Assembly (NCBI GenBank): GCA_963698965.1
Contig: CAVOSY010000037.1
Location: forward strand, 55,141-119,140
Origin: an uncultured Actinomycetota bacterium
Lineage (GTDB): Bacteria; Actinomycetota; Actinomycetes; Mycobacteriales; Mycobacteriaceae
Length of the DNA stretch: 64,000 nucleotides
Direction of reading: 5' to 3'
Shown one piece after another: positions 1 through 10,967 of this stretch. A model generated the notes under the pieces. It saw only the letters and a list, made by a program, of their open reading frames with translations. It made no database searches and was not told the DNA's origin. The first letter of the stretch is position 1. Every line of letters begins with the position of its first letter. The translations under genes were made by a program, and so were the position numbers.

Positions 1-2
1 TC

Positions 3-1805
3 TGGCGCGATGCGATGCACACCCGGGGCGTCTGGCGCCGCACCACTCTTGAGGAGTACCAGAAAGACTCGCCAGAGTGGGATGTCCTCATCGACGTGGA
101 CGCTCTCGCTGCCGAAGAGGACCAGAACTGGGTGTGGGGCGGTGCTGACGTCATCCAACCCGAGTGCACCCGTGCGCTCATCGGTCTCTCGCGTGGCGGC
201 GGCGACGCCAGTGTTGTGCGCGAATTCGACATCGCGACGCGCCAATTCGTCGCCGACGGATTCAACCTACCCGAGGCCAAGACCGATATCGGCTGGGAGG
301 ACGAAGACACGGTGTTGGTGGGCACCGACTTCGGCGAAGGCACGTTGACCGAATCCGGATATCCCCTGCTCGTCAAACGCTGGCGGCGCGGTACGCCGCT
401 CGAAGACGCGGAAACGATCTTTTCCGGCGCCGCAAGCGACGTCGCGGTGGGTGCGGGTTGCAACCGCTATCCGGGATTCGAGCGCACATTCGTCTACCGC
501 CACGTCGACTTCTACAACAAGGAGACGTATGAGTTGCGCGCCGGCGAATTGGTCCGTCTCGACATTCCGACCGACAGCAGCGTCGCGCTTCACCGCCAAT
601 GGGCGATGATCGCACTGAAATCGGACTGGACGAGGGGGGACACCACATACGACGCCGGCAGCGTGCTCATCGCCGACTACGAGCAGCTCGTTGCCGGGAC
701 GGCCGAACCGCGCGCGGTGTTCAAGCCGGGTAATGAATCGTTCTTCGCTTCCGGAGTATGGACGGGGGGCAGGTTCATCTCGGTCACGCTGCGCGACGTC
801 ACGACCCGGGTGGAGGTTGTCACGCCTGGCACCTGGCAGACCGAGCCGCTTGAGGGCGCACCGGAGAACGCGACGACCGTCATCTCGGACTTCGACTCCC
901 TGGGTGACGAGCTTTTCCTCTACACCACACAGTTCATCAGACCTCCGCGGCTGCTGCACGGCACAGCCGCGGGCCCGATGCGCGAGATCAAGAAGTCACC
1001 GGCGTTTTTCGACGCAGACGGTCTCGTGGTCACGCAGCAGTTCGCCACCTCGGCGGACGGCACTCGAATACCGTATTTTCTTGTGGCACAACGTGGTTCA
1101 ACGAAACCGGGGCCCACGCTGCTCTCTGGATACGGGGCGTTTCTCAACGCAGCTACGCCGACCTATCTCGGTGTGGCAGGCAGGCTGTGGCTGACTCGTG
1201 GCGGCAGCTACGCGCTGGCCAACATCCGAGGCGGCGGGGAATACGGACCGGCCTGGCATGACCAGGCGGTGCGCGCGAACAGGTACAAGGTCGCGGAGGA
1301 CTTCGCCGCCGTTGCAAAGGATTTGGTGGCTCGGGGGGTAACGACCGCCCCCCAGCTCGGCGCAGAAGGTGCCAGCGCCGGGGGCCTGCTGATGGGCATC
1401 ATGCTCACGGAGTACCCCGAGCTCTTCGGGGCGCTGGTCTGCCAGCAGCCGCTGCTCGACATGCGCCGGTATCACCAACTACTGGCGGGCGCGTCGTGGG
1501 TGGCCGAGTTCGGCGATCCCGACGACCCGGCGGAGTGGGCATTCATCAAGAAGTACTCGCCGTACCACAACATCGATCCCGGCCGCCGTTACCCACCTGT
1601 GCTCATCACCTCCTCGACGCGTGATGACCGGGTGCACCCTGGCCATGCACGCAAGATGACGGCCGCGCTGGAAGCCGCAGGGCATCAGGTCCGGTACTAC
1701 GAGAACATCGAAGGCGGCCACGCCGGGGTTGCCAACAAAGCTCAGGCCGCGGCCACGACCGCGCTGATCTTTGAGTTTCTGCATCAGACGCTGAACGGCG
1801 CCTAG
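3..1805 (+). CDS. Prolyl oligopeptidase family (S9) serine peptidase, 5' end outside window
   Basis: Frame open to window edge (WRDAMH...); GASAGG nucleophile elbow, DDRVHP Asp motif, GGHAG catalytic His. Confidence 0.92.
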   Translation, partial: WRDAMHTRGVWRRTTLEEYQKDSPEWDVLIDVDALAAEEDQNWVWGGADVIQPECTRALIGLSRGGGDASVVREFDIATRQFVADGFNLPEAKTDIGWEDEDTVLVGTDFGEGTLTESGYPLLVKRWRRGTPLEDAETIFSGAASDVAVGAGCNRYPGFERTFVYRHVDFYNKETYELRAGELVRLDIPTDSSVALHRQWAMIALKSDWTRGDTTYDAGSVLIADYEQLVAGTAEPRAVFKPGNESFFASGVWTGGRFISVTLRDVTTRVEVVTPGTWQTEPLEGAPENATTVISDFDSLGDELFLYTTQFIRPPRLLHGTAAGPMREIKKSPAFFDADGLVVTQQFATSADGTRIPYFLVAQRGSTKPGPTLLSGYGAFLNAATPTYLGVAGRLWLTRGGSYALANIRGGGEYGPAWHDQAVRANRYKVAEDFAAVAKDLVARGVTTAPQLGAEGASAGGLLMGIMLTEYPELFGALVCQQPLLDMRRYHQLLAGASWVAEFGDPDDPAEWAFIKKYSPYHNIDPGRRYPPVLITSSTRDDRVHPGHARKMTAALEAAGHQVRYYENIEGGHAGVANKAQAAATTALIFEFLHQTLNGA

Positions 1806-2728
1806 AAGCCCAGCCGGCCAAGCTGTTTGGGGTCGCGCTGCCAGTTCTTCGCGATCTTGACGCGCAGATCGAGGTATACCTTGGTGCCGAGCAGCTTCTC
1901 GATCTGCGTGCGCGCAGCGGTGCCCACCTCACGCAGCCTGGCGCCGCCCTTGCCGATCACGATGCCCTTCTGGCTCTCCCGTTCGACATACAGGTTGGCG
2001 TGCACATCGATCAGGTCGTCGCGGCCTTCATGCGGGCTGACCTCCTCGATCACGACGGCCAACGAGTGTGGCAGTTCGTCGCGCACCCCTTCGAGTGCGG
2101 CCTCGCGGATCAGCTCGGCCATCAGCACTTCCTCGGGCTCGTCGGTCAGCTCCCCGTCGGGGTAGAACGCCGGGCCGGGCGGCAGCTGGGCGGCCAGCAC
2201 GTCGGTCAAGACGTCGAGATTCTCACCTGTCGTCGCCGACACAGGAACGATCTCGGCATCCGGGCCGGCCAGCTCGCTGACCGCGAGCAGCTGCGCGGCG
2301 ACGCGGTCCTTGGAGAGCTTGTCGATCTTGGTGACCACGACGACGAGCGTCGTGTGCGGTGCGATGGTGCGGATCTGCTCGTAGATCCACCGGTCCCCCG
2401 GGCCGATCTTCTCGTCGGCGGGGATGCACAGCCCGATGACGTCGACCTCCGAGTAGGTGTCCTTCACCAGGTCGTTAAGCCGTTGCCCCAGCAGCGTGCG
2501 CGGCCGGTGCAGGCCAGGTGTGTCGACGAGGATGATCTGGAAATTCTCCCGGTGCACGATGCCGCGAATCGTGTGCCGGGTGGTCTGCGGGCGGTTCGAC
2601 GTGATCGCCACCTTCGCGCCGACGAGTGCGTTGGTCAGCGTCGACTTTCCGGTGTTCGGCCTGCCGACGAAGCACACGAAGCCGGAACGGAATTCGCCTA
2701 CGCGAGGAGCACAAAGACCGTCCGTCAC
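1802..2728 (-). CDS. era: GTPase Era
   Basis: GRPNTGKS, DTPG, TKID G-motifs and C-terminal KH domain (VIGKGG); start approximate. Confidence 0.97.
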   Translation of the reverse strand: MTDGLCAPRVGEFRSGFVCFVGRPNTGKSTLTNALVGAKVAITSNRPQTTRHTIRGIVHRENFQIILVDTPGLHRPRTLLGQRLNDLVKDTYSEVDVIGLCIPADEKIGPGDRWIYEQIRTIAPHTTLVVVVTKIDKLSKDRVAAQLLAVSELAGPDAEIVPVSATTGENLDVLTDVLAAQLPPGPAFYPDGELTDEPEEVLMAELIREAALEGVRDELPHSLAVVIEEVSPHEGRDDLIDVHANLYVERESQKGIVIGKGGARLREVGTAARTQIEKLLGTKVYLDLRVKIAKNWQRDPKQLGRLGF

Positions 2729-3042
2729 TGCAGCGCGCCCGACCGATCGGTGACGATGACCTTCGCGTCCGCCGACAGCTCGTGCACCGCCGGCACGCCC
2801 TCGTCGTCAGCCGAGCCACCGACGAGCACCGCGGCCTCCAGACCGGTCGCACCGCTGGACACCGCGGCGGCGACCGCCGCCTGCAGCGCGGTCAGCTGCA
2901 ACGCATCGAGCTTGACGGGCGCGCCCGCGTAGGTGCGGCCGTCGAGGTCACGCACCGCCGCGCCGCTGGCCGCCTCGGCCCGGCCCATCGCACCACGCGC
3001 CAGCACCACCAACTTGGCGTCCTCGGCGTCCAGTTCAGTCAT
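2725..3042 (-). CDS. Cytidine-deaminase-fold small protein lacking catalytic residues (Rv2365c-like)
   Basis: ATG at 3042 ([18 protein letters not shown]..., 105 aa); [12 protein letters not shown] deaminase-like motif; position between hlyC-family gene and era. Confidence 0.8.
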   Translation of the reverse strand: MTELDAEDAKLVVLARGAMGRAEAASGAAVRDLDGRTYAGAPVKLDALQLTALQAAVAAAVSSGATGLEAAVLVGGSADDEGVPAVHELSADAKVIVTDRSGALQ

Positions 3043-4327
3043 TGCGCTCCCCCCGTCCGGGTTCCGACGGACTGACCAGGACCGTACCGATCCGGACACG
3101 GCCGCGGTGGTCGGGCCCGCCTTCGGCGCGCAGCCGCAGCCCATCCCACGTGACCTCGGCGCCGGGCAACGGGACGCGGCCCAATTCGAGGGCGACCAGC
3201 CCACCGACCGTGTCGACGTCGAGGTCCTCGTCGAACTCCATGTCGTACAGCTCGCCGAGATCCTCGATCGGCAGCCGGGCCGACACCCGAAAGTGCTTGT
3301 CGCCCAGGTCTTCCACCGGTGCGACCTCGTCGGTGTCGTACTCGTCGGCGATCTCGCCGACGATCTCCTCCAGCACATCCTCGATTGTGACCAGGCCCGC
3401 GATGGCTCCGTACTCGTCGACCAGCAGCGCCATGTGGTTGCGGTCCCGCTGCATCTCACCGAGCAGCGCGTCGAGCGGCTTTGAGTCCGGGACGAACACC
3501 GCCGGTCGCATCACGTCGACGACCTTGGTGTCGCGGCCACCGTTGGTCGAGTAGTAGGTCTTCTGCACAAGGTCTTTGAGGTAGACGACACCTACGACGT
3601 CGTCGACGTTCTCCCCGATGACCGGGATCCGCGAATGGCCGCTGCGCACCGCTAATGACGTCGCTTGACCGGCCGTTTTGTCGCTCTCGATCCACACCAT
3701 CTCGGTGCGCGGCACCATCACCTCGCGGGCCGCGGTGTCGCCGAGTTCGAACACCGACTGGATCATCCGACGCTCTTCGTCGGCCACCACACCGCGCTGC
3801 TGGGCCAGGTCGACGACCTCGCGCAACTCGATCTCGGAGGCGAACGGGCCGTTGCGGAACCCACGCCCCGGTGTCAGCGCGTTGCCGATCAACACCAGCA
3901 GCCGGCTGATCGGGGTGAGTAACACCGAAATGGTTTGCAGCGGAAGGGCTGCCACCAGCGCGATGGTGTAGGCATTCTGCCGGCCCACCGTGCGGGGGCC
4001 GACGCCGATGGCGACGAAGCTGACCACCACCATGATGGCGGCTGCCGCGACCAGTCCCCACCCCACACCGAGCAGGCCATCCAGATAGGCGACCAGCAGC
4101 ACCGTCGCGGTCACTTCGCAGGTGATCCGCAGCAGCACAACGAGATTGATGTATCGAGGCCGCTCGGCCATCAAACGGGCGAGCCGCACCGCGCCGGGCC
4201 GCTCGTCGCGCACCAGCTCCTCGACGCGGGCCACCGATACCGTGCTGATGGCGGCGTCGATCGCGGCGAACAACCCGCCAAGACCGATCAGCGCGATCGC
4301 GCCGATCAGCGGACCTATCCCGGTCAC
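3035..4327 (-). CDS. Hemolysin/CorC-HlyC family CNNM-CBS membrane protein
   Basis: GTG at 4327 overlapping ybeY stop; N-terminal TM segments, [20 protein letters not shown]...[16 protein letters not shown] motifs. Confidence 0.92.
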   Translation of the reverse strand: MTGIGPLIGAIALIGLGGLFAAIDAAISTVSVARVEELVRDERPGAVRLARLMAERPRYINLVVLLRITCEVTATVLLVAYLDGLLGVGWGLVAAAAIMVVVSFVAIGVGPRTVGRQNAYTIALVAALPLQTISVLLTPISRLLVLIGNALTPGRGFRNGPFASEIELREVVDLAQQRGVVADEERRMIQSVFELGDTAAREVMVPRTEMVWIESDKTAGQATSLAVRSGHSRIPVIGENVDDVVGVVYLKDLVQKTYYSTNGGRDTKVVDVMRPAVFVPDSKPLDALLGEMQRDRNHMALLVDEYGAIAGLVTIEDVLEEIVGEIADEYDTDEVAPVEDLGDKHFRVSARLPIEDLGELYDMEFDEDLDVDTVGGLVALELGRVPLPGAEVTWDGLRLRAEGGPDHRGRVRIGTVLVSPSEPGRGERND

Positions 4328-4860
4328 GGTTCGTCGAAGTATCGAGACTTGTCCAGCAGCCGCCGGTCCTTCTCGGACTGGCGGCCCTGGTGATAAGCCT
4401 CGACCTGGTCGGCCACCCACTCCTCGAGCAGTTGGCGTTGCAGCGCGAACATCTCCCTTTCCTCATCCGGCTCGGCGTGGTCGTAGCCCAGCAGGTGCAG
4501 AACGCCGTGCACGGTCAGTAGCGCGAGCTCCTGGCCCAGCGTTTGGCCGGCGTTGGCGGCCTGCTCGGCCGCGAACTCCGGACACAGCACGATGTCACCG
4601 AGCATCGACGGACCAGGTTCGGGGGCGTCCGGCCGGCCGCCCGGCTCGAGCTCGTCCATGGGGAAGCTCATCACGTCGGTCGGGCCGGGCAGATCCATCC
4701 AGCGCATATGCAGGTCGGCCATCGCCGCGGTATCGAGCAGCACCATCGAAAGCTCAGCCGCGGGATTCACCTTCATCTTGCGGATGACGAACCGCGCGAC
4801 GCTGATCAATTCCTCTTCGGAAACGTCGATGCCCGACTCGTTGGACACCTCGATGCTCAC
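4324..4860 (-). CDS. ybeY: rRNA maturation RNase YbeY
   Basis: PTDVMSF, LGDIVLC and [11 protein letters not shown] (H3xH5xH) metal motif. Confidence 0.97.
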   Translation of the reverse strand: MSIEVSNESGIDVSEEELISVARFVIRKMKVNPAAELSMVLLDTAAMADLHMRWMDLPGPTDVMSFPMDELEPGGRPDAPEPGPSMLGDIVLCPEFAAEQAANAGQTLGQELALLTVHGVLHLLGYDHAEPDEEREMFALQRQLLEEWVADQVEAYHQGRQSEKDRRLLDKSRYFDEP

Positions 4861-4864
4861 ACGG

Positions 4865-6976
4865 TCACCTTCGCGGTCGGGCGCCCGACGCGCGGCGCTG
4901 GGCCCGGTTCATCAGCGCGGGCTCTTCGGATTTGGCGTAGGCGTCGACGATCTCGGAGACCAGCCGGTGCCGGACTACGTCGGCGCTGGTGAGTTCGGCG
5001 AAGTGGATGTCGTCGATGCCGTCGAGGATATGCATGGCCGCGCGCAGGCCGGACGTTGCTCCGCCGGGCAGATCCACCTGCGTGATGTCACCCGTGACAA
5101 CAACTTTCGACCCGAAGCCGAGCCGCGTGAGAAACATCTTCATCTGTTCGCCAGTGGTGTTCTGCGCCTCGTCCAGGATGATGAACGCGTCGTTAAGCGT
5201 GTTGTGGGTGAGCAGGAAGTCCTCGGTCACATATAGCGAGTCCTCGGCAGCGACCTGAATGCATACTGCTTCTTCGGTGCCTGCAGGCTCAATGCGGTGA
5301 ACGAAACGCATTGGCCGACCGCCGCCGGTGGCGTCGTATTTCGCTACCTTGCGGGCGAGTCGGAATGGGGCCACACCCTCCGGCAGACGGATATCGAGGA
5401 TGTGGGCGTCGGCGCGGTGGTGCACGTCTCGACCGCGTGCGAGTCCAGGCTTCCGTCCCTGTGCTGGCCTGGTTCGGGCGTACGCGACGCCGCCGAGTGA
5501 CTGCACCAGGAAGACGACGTGATCCCGCAGGCGATCGGAGACTGTCGTGAACTGAATGCGGCAGGTTCGTTCCTGTTGCGGTACCGGATCACCGTCGGAA
5601 TCGAATAGACCTTGGAGAACGGCAAGGCGCACATCGGGCGTATTGAACAGGTAGTCGTCCGGAACGAACTTGGTGTTCGACTTAGCACCGATTAGCCCCA
5701 GTCGGCGCATGGCGCCTGTGACTGGGTTCTCGATCGTGATGACCTCGCCGGGCGTGGTAATCCGATTCAGCACGTAGTCGATGTCGCTCTTCCGTCGGGG
5801 TTCGATGCCCGGAATGAGTCGTCCAAGGGCTTCAGCGAGCTCAGGATCGGCAGTGGTGAACCCCGGTGTGGCCGTGCATGAGAAGCATCCATCGCCAAGC
5901 AGGAGGCCAAGGGCGTACGGATCGAGCGGAACCGGTCGGGAGTCGAAATCAACCGGTGAACTCAGCAGCGGCAACTCATAGCGGTGCTGATGCGCCGCGC
6001 GGAGATTGCCGAGCATTTCCTTTGTCTGCAACACCCGTGCCGGCCTGCCACGACGCCGATCAGCGTGGGTGTAGACCGACCAGAGGTGGTCGCCGGACGC
6101 AAGCGTCGACGACCCATCCTGTGTATAAACCCGGTAGATCTCTTTGAAGCCCTGGGGATACACACCGAGGACTTCAGTCTCCCGTCCATCCGAGCCGATA
6201 ACGAAATCGCCGACCCGAAGATCACCAATCGGACGGAAACCCGCGGGCGTCAAAACCTTCGTAAACAACGGTTGCGCCCGACCCCGCATGAATGCCAATG
6301 GGGCAACCTCAATCACCCCGGCGCTCATCAGCTTTGGGATCAGCTCCGGATCCATCATGTCGTGCAGCGCGTCGTACAGCGGCCGCAGATACGGGTCGAT
6401 CTTCTCGTAGAGCGTGCCGGGCAGGAAGCCGAGGCGCTCACCGGCCTCCACCGCAGGACGCGTCAGGATGATCCTGCTGACCTGCTTGGTCTGTAATGCG
6501 TTGACCGCCTTGGCCATTGCCAGGTACGTCTTGCCGGTACCAGCGGGCCCGATGCCGAACACGATGGTGTGCGCGTCGATCGCGTCGACATATCGCTTCT
6601 GGTTCAGCGTCTTCGGTCGAATCGTCTTGCCGCGCCGCGACAGAATGTCGAGCGTCAGCACCTCGGCCGGCGACTCGTCGCCCGTGCCGGTCAGCATCGC
6701 GACGCTGTGCCGCACCGCGTCCGGCGTGAGCCGTTGGCCGCTGTCGACGATCGCCATGAGTTCGGAGATCACCCGCTCGGCCAGCGCGACGTCGGCAGGC
6801 TCGCCGGACAGGGTCAGCGCGTTGCCGCGCACGTGGATGTCGGCAGCGAGGATGCGCTCGAGTGCGCGCAAATTCTCGTCGGCGGAACCCAGCAGGCCCA
6901 CGACGAGGTCGGGCGGAACATTGATGCTGCTGCGAACGGGCGAGTCCGAGTCAGCGTTCGTCTCGCGGGGCGTCAC
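4865..6976 (-). CDS. phoH: PhoH family ATPase (PhoH1) interrupted by an in-frame intein; 703 aa precursor, about 344 aa after splicing
   Basis: GPAGTGKT Walker [18 protein letters not shown], and PLAFMRGR|[14 protein letters not shown] split by a 359-aa insert. Confidence 0.95.
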   Translation of the reverse strand: MTPRETNADSDSPVRSSINVPPDLVVGLLGSADENLRALERILAADIHVRGNALTLSGEPADVALAERVISELMAIVDSGQRLTPDAVRHSVAMLTGTGDESPAEVLTLDILSRRGKTIRPKTLNQKRYVDAIDAHTIVFGIGPAGTGKTYLAMAKAVNALQTKQVSRIILTRPAVEAGERLGFLPGTLYEKIDPYLRPLYDALHDMMDPELIPKLMSAGVIEVAPLAFMRGRAQPLFTKVLTPAGFRPIGDLRVGDFVIGSDGRETEVLGVYPQGFKEIYRVYTQDGSSTLASGDHLWSVYTHADRRRGRPARVLQTKEMLGNLRAAHQHRYELPLLSSPVDFDSRPVPLDPYALGLLLGDGCFSCTATPGFTTADPELAEALGRLIPGIEPRRKSDIDYVLNRITTPGEVITIENPVTGAMRRLGLIGAKSNTKFVPDDYLFNTPDVRLAVLQGLFDSDGDPVPQQERTCRIQFTTVSDRLRDHVVFLVQSLGGVAYARTRPAQGRKPGLARGRDVHHRADAHILDIRLPEGVAPFRLARKVAKYDATGGGRPMRFVHRIEPAGTEEAVCIQVAAEDSLYVTEDFLLTHNTLNDAFIILDEAQNTTGEQMKMFLTRLGFGSKVVVTGDITQVDLPGGATSGLRAAMHILDGIDDIHFAELTSADVVRHRLVSEIVDAYAKSEEPALMNRAQRRASGARPRR
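5201..6277 (-). mobile_element. Intein (class-3 signature) with LAGLIDADG homing endonuclease, 359 aa
   Basis: Starts [11 protein letters not shown] (Ala1), ends LLTHN before Thr+1; block B ASGDHLW, block F AVCIQV, endonuclease motifs LGLLLGDG and LQGLFDSDG. Confidence 0.93.
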
Positions 6977-7085
6977 CTGGGGTTTTCTGCCTGCTTTCTG
7001 GGTTCTGGCCTGGTCGTTTGCTCTTGAACACTCATTTTACCGCCGGGTACGGACGCTTCCCAATGCTTAACTCCCTGGCGGCCCA

Positions 7086-7826
7086 TCACAGCCACCGCGG
7101 GGTGAGCGCACCCAATGCGCCCAGTGCGACGGCCGCGGCTGTCGACGTCCGCAGCACCGTCGGGCCAAGCCGCACCGCTGTCGCCCCTGCATCGGACAGC
7201 GCCGAGATCTCATCGTCGGCGATGCCGCCTTCAGGGCCGACGATGAGCAGCAGCGAATCCGGCTGTGCCACCGAAAGTTCCGTCAGCTTGACGGTGGCCG
7301 ACTCGTGCAGCACGAGCGTCGTTGCCCCGTCGTCACGCACGCGCTGCGCCAACTCGGCCGTCGACACCACACCGCTGACCGAGGGGATGTACGGCCGCCG
7401 CGACTGGCGGGCCGCCGACCGGGCCACCGCACCCCACCGGCGCAAGCCCTTGTCGACTTTCGCCGCGGACTCCCACCGCGCCACGCACCGCGAAGCCTGC
7501 CAGGCGACGAAGGCGTCGGCTCCCGCTTCGGTGGCCAATTCGATGGCCAGTTCCGAGCGGTCCGACTTGGGCAACGCCTGAACGACGGTCACACTCGGCG
7601 ACGGCAACGGAACGGTCGTGCGGTCGAGCACCTTCGCCGTCAACCGGCCCTTGCCGACGTCTTCGACGACACAGTGCGCCACCGTCCCGTCGCCGTCGCC
7701 CAGGTCGAGTTCCTCACCGGGGCGGATGCGCCGGACGTTGGCCGCATGGAAGCCTTCGTCGCCGTCGACGACCGCGACCTCACCGACCTCGGGCAGCGCG
7801 TCGACGTAGAACAGCGCCAGGGCCAC
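7086..7826 (-). CDS. rsmE: 16S rRNA m3U1498 methyltransferase RsmE
   Basis: QALPKSDR...[28 protein letters not shown] motifs. Confidence 0.95.
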   Translation of the reverse strand: MALALFYVDALPEVGEVAVVDGDEGFHAANVRRIRPGEELDLGDGDGTVAHCVVEDVGKGRLTAKVLDRTTVPLPSPSVTVVQALPKSDRSELAIELATEAGADAFVAWQASRCVARWESAAKVDKGLRRWGAVARSAARQSRRPYIPSVSGVVSTAELAQRVRDDGATTLVLHESATVKLTELSVAQPDSLLLIVGPEGGIADDEISALSDAGATAVRLGPTVLRTSTAAAVALGALGALTPRWL

Positions 7827-7832
7827 GGACGT

Positions 7833-8975
7833 TCAGCGGCCGGTGAAGGTTTCGCGTAACCGACTGAAGAACCCGCTATTCGTCGAGGCGCTCTGGGTGG
7901 AGCGAACCTCGGCCACATCGCGAGTGCGCTTTTCCTTCAGCTTGGCCAGTAGTTCGATGTCCTCGTGGTCGAGCCGTGACGGCACCACGACCTCGATGTG
8001 GGCGTGCAGGTCACCGCGCACCCCCGAGCGCAGATGCGGCATGCCGTGCCCGCGCAGCGTGGTCACCGAACCGGGCTGAGTGCCGGCGGGGATGACGAGT
8101 TCGGTCGGGCCGTCGATGATCGCGTCGACGGTGACCGTAGTACCCAGCGCGGCGTCGACCATCGGCACGGAGATCGTGCAGTGCAGGTCGTCGCCATCGC
8201 GGACGAACACCTCGTGCTGCTTCTCGTGGACCTCGACGTACAGGTCGCCCGCCGGCCCGCCACCGGGACCGACCTCGCCCTGGGCGGCCAACCGCACCCG
8301 CATTCCGTCGCCGACACCGGCCGGGATCTTCACGCTGATTTCTCGTCGCGCCCGGATGCGGCCGTCACCGCCGCAGCGGTGGCATGGGTCGGGGATGACC
8401 TCGCCCACTCCGCCGCATACCGGGCACGGCCGTGACGTCATCACCTGACCGAGTAGCGACCGCTGGACGGTCTGGATCTCACCGCGCCCGCCACAGGTGT
8501 CGCAGGCGACCGGCGTCGAGTTGCCGTTGGTGCCCTTGCCCTGGCACAGGTCGCACAGCACAGCGGTGTCGACCGTCACCTGCTTCGTCACGCCCGTGGC
8601 GCATTCGGCCAGGTCAAGGCGCATACGCAGCAGTGAGTCCGAGCCCGGCCGGACCCTGCCGATCGGGCCTCGGGAGGTCGTCCCGCCACCGAAGAAGGCC
8701 TCGAACACGTCGCCGAGCCCACCGAAACCGGCGAAGCCGTTGCCTGCGGCGGCCGCGTTCTCCAGCGGATCGCCACCGAGGTCGACAACGCGGCGCTTCT
8801 CCGGGTCGCTCAGCACCTCGTAGGCGACGCTGATCTCCTTGAACCGGGCCTGGGCCTGTTCGTCGGGGTTGACGTCGGGGTGCAGTTCACGGGCGAGCTT
8901 CCGATAGGCGCGCTTGATCTCCGAATCGCTGGCCCCCCTGCTCACCCCGAGCAGCCCGTAGTAGTCGCGTGCCAC
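7833..8975 (-). CDS. dnaJ: Chaperone DnaJ (DnaJ2)
   Basis: J-domain HPD motif, G/F region, four CxxCxGxG-type zinc repeats. Confidence 0.97.
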   Translation of the reverse strand: MARDYYGLLGVSRGASDSEIKRAYRKLARELHPDVNPDEQAQARFKEISVAYEVLSDPEKRRVVDLGGDPLENAAAAGNGFAGFGGLGDVFEAFFGGGTTSRGPIGRVRPGSDSLLRMRLDLAECATGVTKQVTVDTAVLCDLCQGKGTNGNSTPVACDTCGGRGEIQTVQRSLLGQVMTSRPCPVCGGVGEVIPDPCHRCGGDGRIRARREISVKIPAGVGDGMRVRLAAQGEVGPGGGPAGDLYVEVHEKQHEVFVRDGDDLHCTISVPMVDAALGTTVTVDAIIDGPTELVIPAGTQPGSVTTLRGHGMPHLRSGVRGDLHAHIEVVVPSRLDHEDIELLAKLKEKRTRDVAEVRSTQSASTNSGFFSRLRETFTGR

Positions 8976-9006
8976 GCCTGACCTTGCCTACCTTTTCCAA
9001 GCCGCG

Positions 9007-10038
9007 TCAGCGGCTGCCTAAGACTTCGCCTATATAAAGAGCAACCGCAGCGACATTAGCGATAGTTCCCGGATAGTCCATTCGCGTGGGTCCCAATACG
9101 CCCATGCCGCCGTACACCTTGCCTGAGCTGCCGTAGGTGGTGGTGACCACCGACGTGCCCGCCATTTGCTCCGCCTCGGTCTCGTGCCCGATGCGCACGG
9201 TGACTCTACCCGCTTCCTGCTGGGCCGCCAGCAGGCGCAGCACCACCACCTGCTCCTCGAGCGCCTCCATCACCGACCGCAGCGAACCGCCGAAGTCGGC
9301 GGTGTTGTGGGCCAGGTTTGCGGTGCCGCCCAGCAGCAGGCGTTCCTCGCTGTGGTCGACCAGTGTCTCCACCAGCACGGTGGCCGCCCTGCCGACCGCA
9401 TCGGCGAGCCCACCGCTGCCGTTGAGGTGCACGGCCAGGTCGGACACCGCAATGGACGCGGCGGCCAGCGGCTTACCCTCCAGCGCCTGGCCGAGGCGGT
9501 CGCGCAGTTGGGTCAGCTCATGCTCGTCGATGGCGTCGCCGAGCTCGACGATGCGCTGGTCGACGCGGCCCGAATCGGTGATCACGACAAGCAACAGGCG
9601 GGCCGGGGTCAGCGCCACCACCTCGAGGTGCCGCACACTCGACGTGGACAGCGTCGGGTACTGGACGATCGCGACCTGGCGGGTGAGCTGGGCCAACAGT
9701 CGTACGGCGCGGCGCAGCACATCATCGAGGTCGACGCCGGACTCCAGAAAGGACAGGATCGCCTTGCGCTCCGAGGATGACAGCGGCTTGATGTCGTCCA
9801 GCCGGTCGACGAACTCGCGGTAGCCCTTCTCGGTGGGCACCCGGCCCGAACTGGTGTGCGGCTGGGCGATGTACCCCTCGGCCTCCAACACCGCCATGTC
9901 ATTGCGCACGGTCGCGCTGGAAACGCCGAGATTGTGCCGCTCGACGAGTGTCTTCGAACCGATCGGCTCCTTGGTGGCCACGAAGTCGGCGACGATGGCA
10001 CGCAGCACCTCAAAACGACGGTCGTCGGCGCTACTCAA
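9007..10038 (-). CDS. hrcA: Heat-inducible transcription repressor HrcA
   Basis: [29 protein letters not shown] motifs; TTG start at 10038 gives 343 aa. Confidence 0.96.
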   Translation of the reverse strand: MSSADDRRFEVLRAIVADFVATKEPIGSKTLVERHNLGVSSATVRNDMAVLEAEGYIAQPHTSSGRVPTEKGYREFVDRLDDIKPLSSSERKAILSFLESGVDLDDVLRRAVRLLAQLTRQVAIVQYPTLSTSSVRHLEVVALTPARLLLVVITDSGRVDQRIVELGDAIDEHELTQLRDRLGQALEGKPLAAASIAVSDLAVHLNGSGGLADAVGRAATVLVETLVDHSEERLLLGGTANLAHNTADFGGSLRSVMEALEEQVVVLRLLAAQQEAGRVTVRIGHETEAEQMAGTSVVTTTYGSSGKVYGGMGVLGPTRMDYPGTIANVAAVALYIGEVLGSR

Positions 10039-10184
10039 CTGGTCACCTGCCCTTCGCAGCGATTCTGCGTTCATTTTACGGTCATCAACAGGGCCGATAT
10101 CGATCGAGCGGTTGTTTGCGTGGCGGACAGCACGTTTACGACTAGCCTTTGCGATGTGATGCCGACGCCTCAGAGATCACCGCG

Positions 10185-10520
10185 ATGATCTTCAAGGGTG
10201 TGCGCGACGGCAGGCCGTACCCCGAACACGGCCTGTCGCATCGGCAGTGGGCGCAGATTCCGCCCCAGCAGATCCGGCTCGACGAGTTGGTTACCACCAC
10301 GACGGTGTTGGCGCTGGACCGTTTGCTGTCGGAGGACTCGACGTTCTACGGCGACCTCTTCCCGCACGCGGTCAGATGGAAGGGCATCGTCTATCTGGAG
10401 GACGGTTTGCACCGCGCCGTGCAGGCCGCGTTACGGAACAGGACGGTGCTGCACGCGCGCGTGTTCGATATGGACATGCCGTCCCCAGCTGCCGCGTGGG
10501 CCCAGTCGCAGCAGATCTAG
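10185..10520 (+). CDS. Conserved small mycobacterial protein (Rv2375-like) with ParB/Srx-like LEDGLHR motif
   Basis: MIFKGVRDGRPYPEHG...; conserved position divergent from hrcA. Confidence 0.8.
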   Translation: MIFKGVRDGRPYPEHGLSHRQWAQIPPQQIRLDELVTTTTVLALDRLLSEDSTFYGDLFPHAVRWKGIVYLEDGLHRAVQAALRNRTVLHARVFDMDMPSPAAAWAQSQQI

Positions 10521-10636
10521 TTGTCGCTGCGGGCGACGATTGACGACCATGGCAAGCCTTCGCCCGCCGCCAGCGCCGACCCACATCGACGCGCACCTGA
10601 CACACTCCTAACAGGGCGACTGGCACGATCGGGGTT

Positions 10637-10918
10637 GTGCGCGACGACGCGCACGTCCTGACTCGATTGGAGAACCACAGGACCGTATTACGAAGAACGG
10701 CAACGACTTTCGTTGCCACCGCCGCCTTGGCGGCATTGTCTGTCCTGACAATTTCCGGCGTCGCCAACGCGGATCCGGGAATCGGATGGGGCGCACCGGG
10801 TCCCGGGATCCTGCCAGGACCGGCGTCTGAACCTCTGACGGGCGCGGCACGCTCGCGCCCGCTTGCGTCCTCACGTGGCGCAAACACCGTCAGCAGGCAC
10901 GGGGGTGCAGTGCGTTGA
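10637..10918 (+). CDS. Possible short secreted Pro/Gly-rich protein
   Basis: Signal-peptide-like stretch TTFVATAALAALSVLTISGVANA-DP; start uncertain; may be a fragment. Confidence 0.3.
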   Translation: MRDDAHVLTRLENHRTVLRRTATTFVATAALAALSVLTISGVANADPGIGWGAPGPGILPGPASEPLTGAARSRPLASSRGANTVSRHGGAVR

Positions 10919-10967
10919 CCAACAGGAAGAAAGTGCCGTTGTCGTCTTCGAATGGGTTGGTGCTCAT
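10914..10967 (-). pseudogene. mbtH: mbtH 5' remnant (MSTNPFEDDNGTFFLLVN, then diverges and stops after 25 codons)
   Basis: Matches the MbtH N-terminus (MSTNPFDDDNG.FFVLVN); AGGAG RBS upstream. Confidence 0.8.

Noticed and set aside
6973-7035. 20-codon ORF whose stop overlaps the phoH GTG
   Set aside because: Its ATG overlaps the likely TAAAAT -10 box, so it probably lies upstream of the TSS; no distinctive codons
10039-10184. CIRCE operator upstream of hrcA
   Set aside because: No TTAGCACTC-N9-GAGTGCTAA-like sequence visible
10185-10520. Toxin-antitoxin (VapBC) locus
   Set aside because: No PIN-domain toxin adjacent; the sequence looks ParB-like rather than RHH
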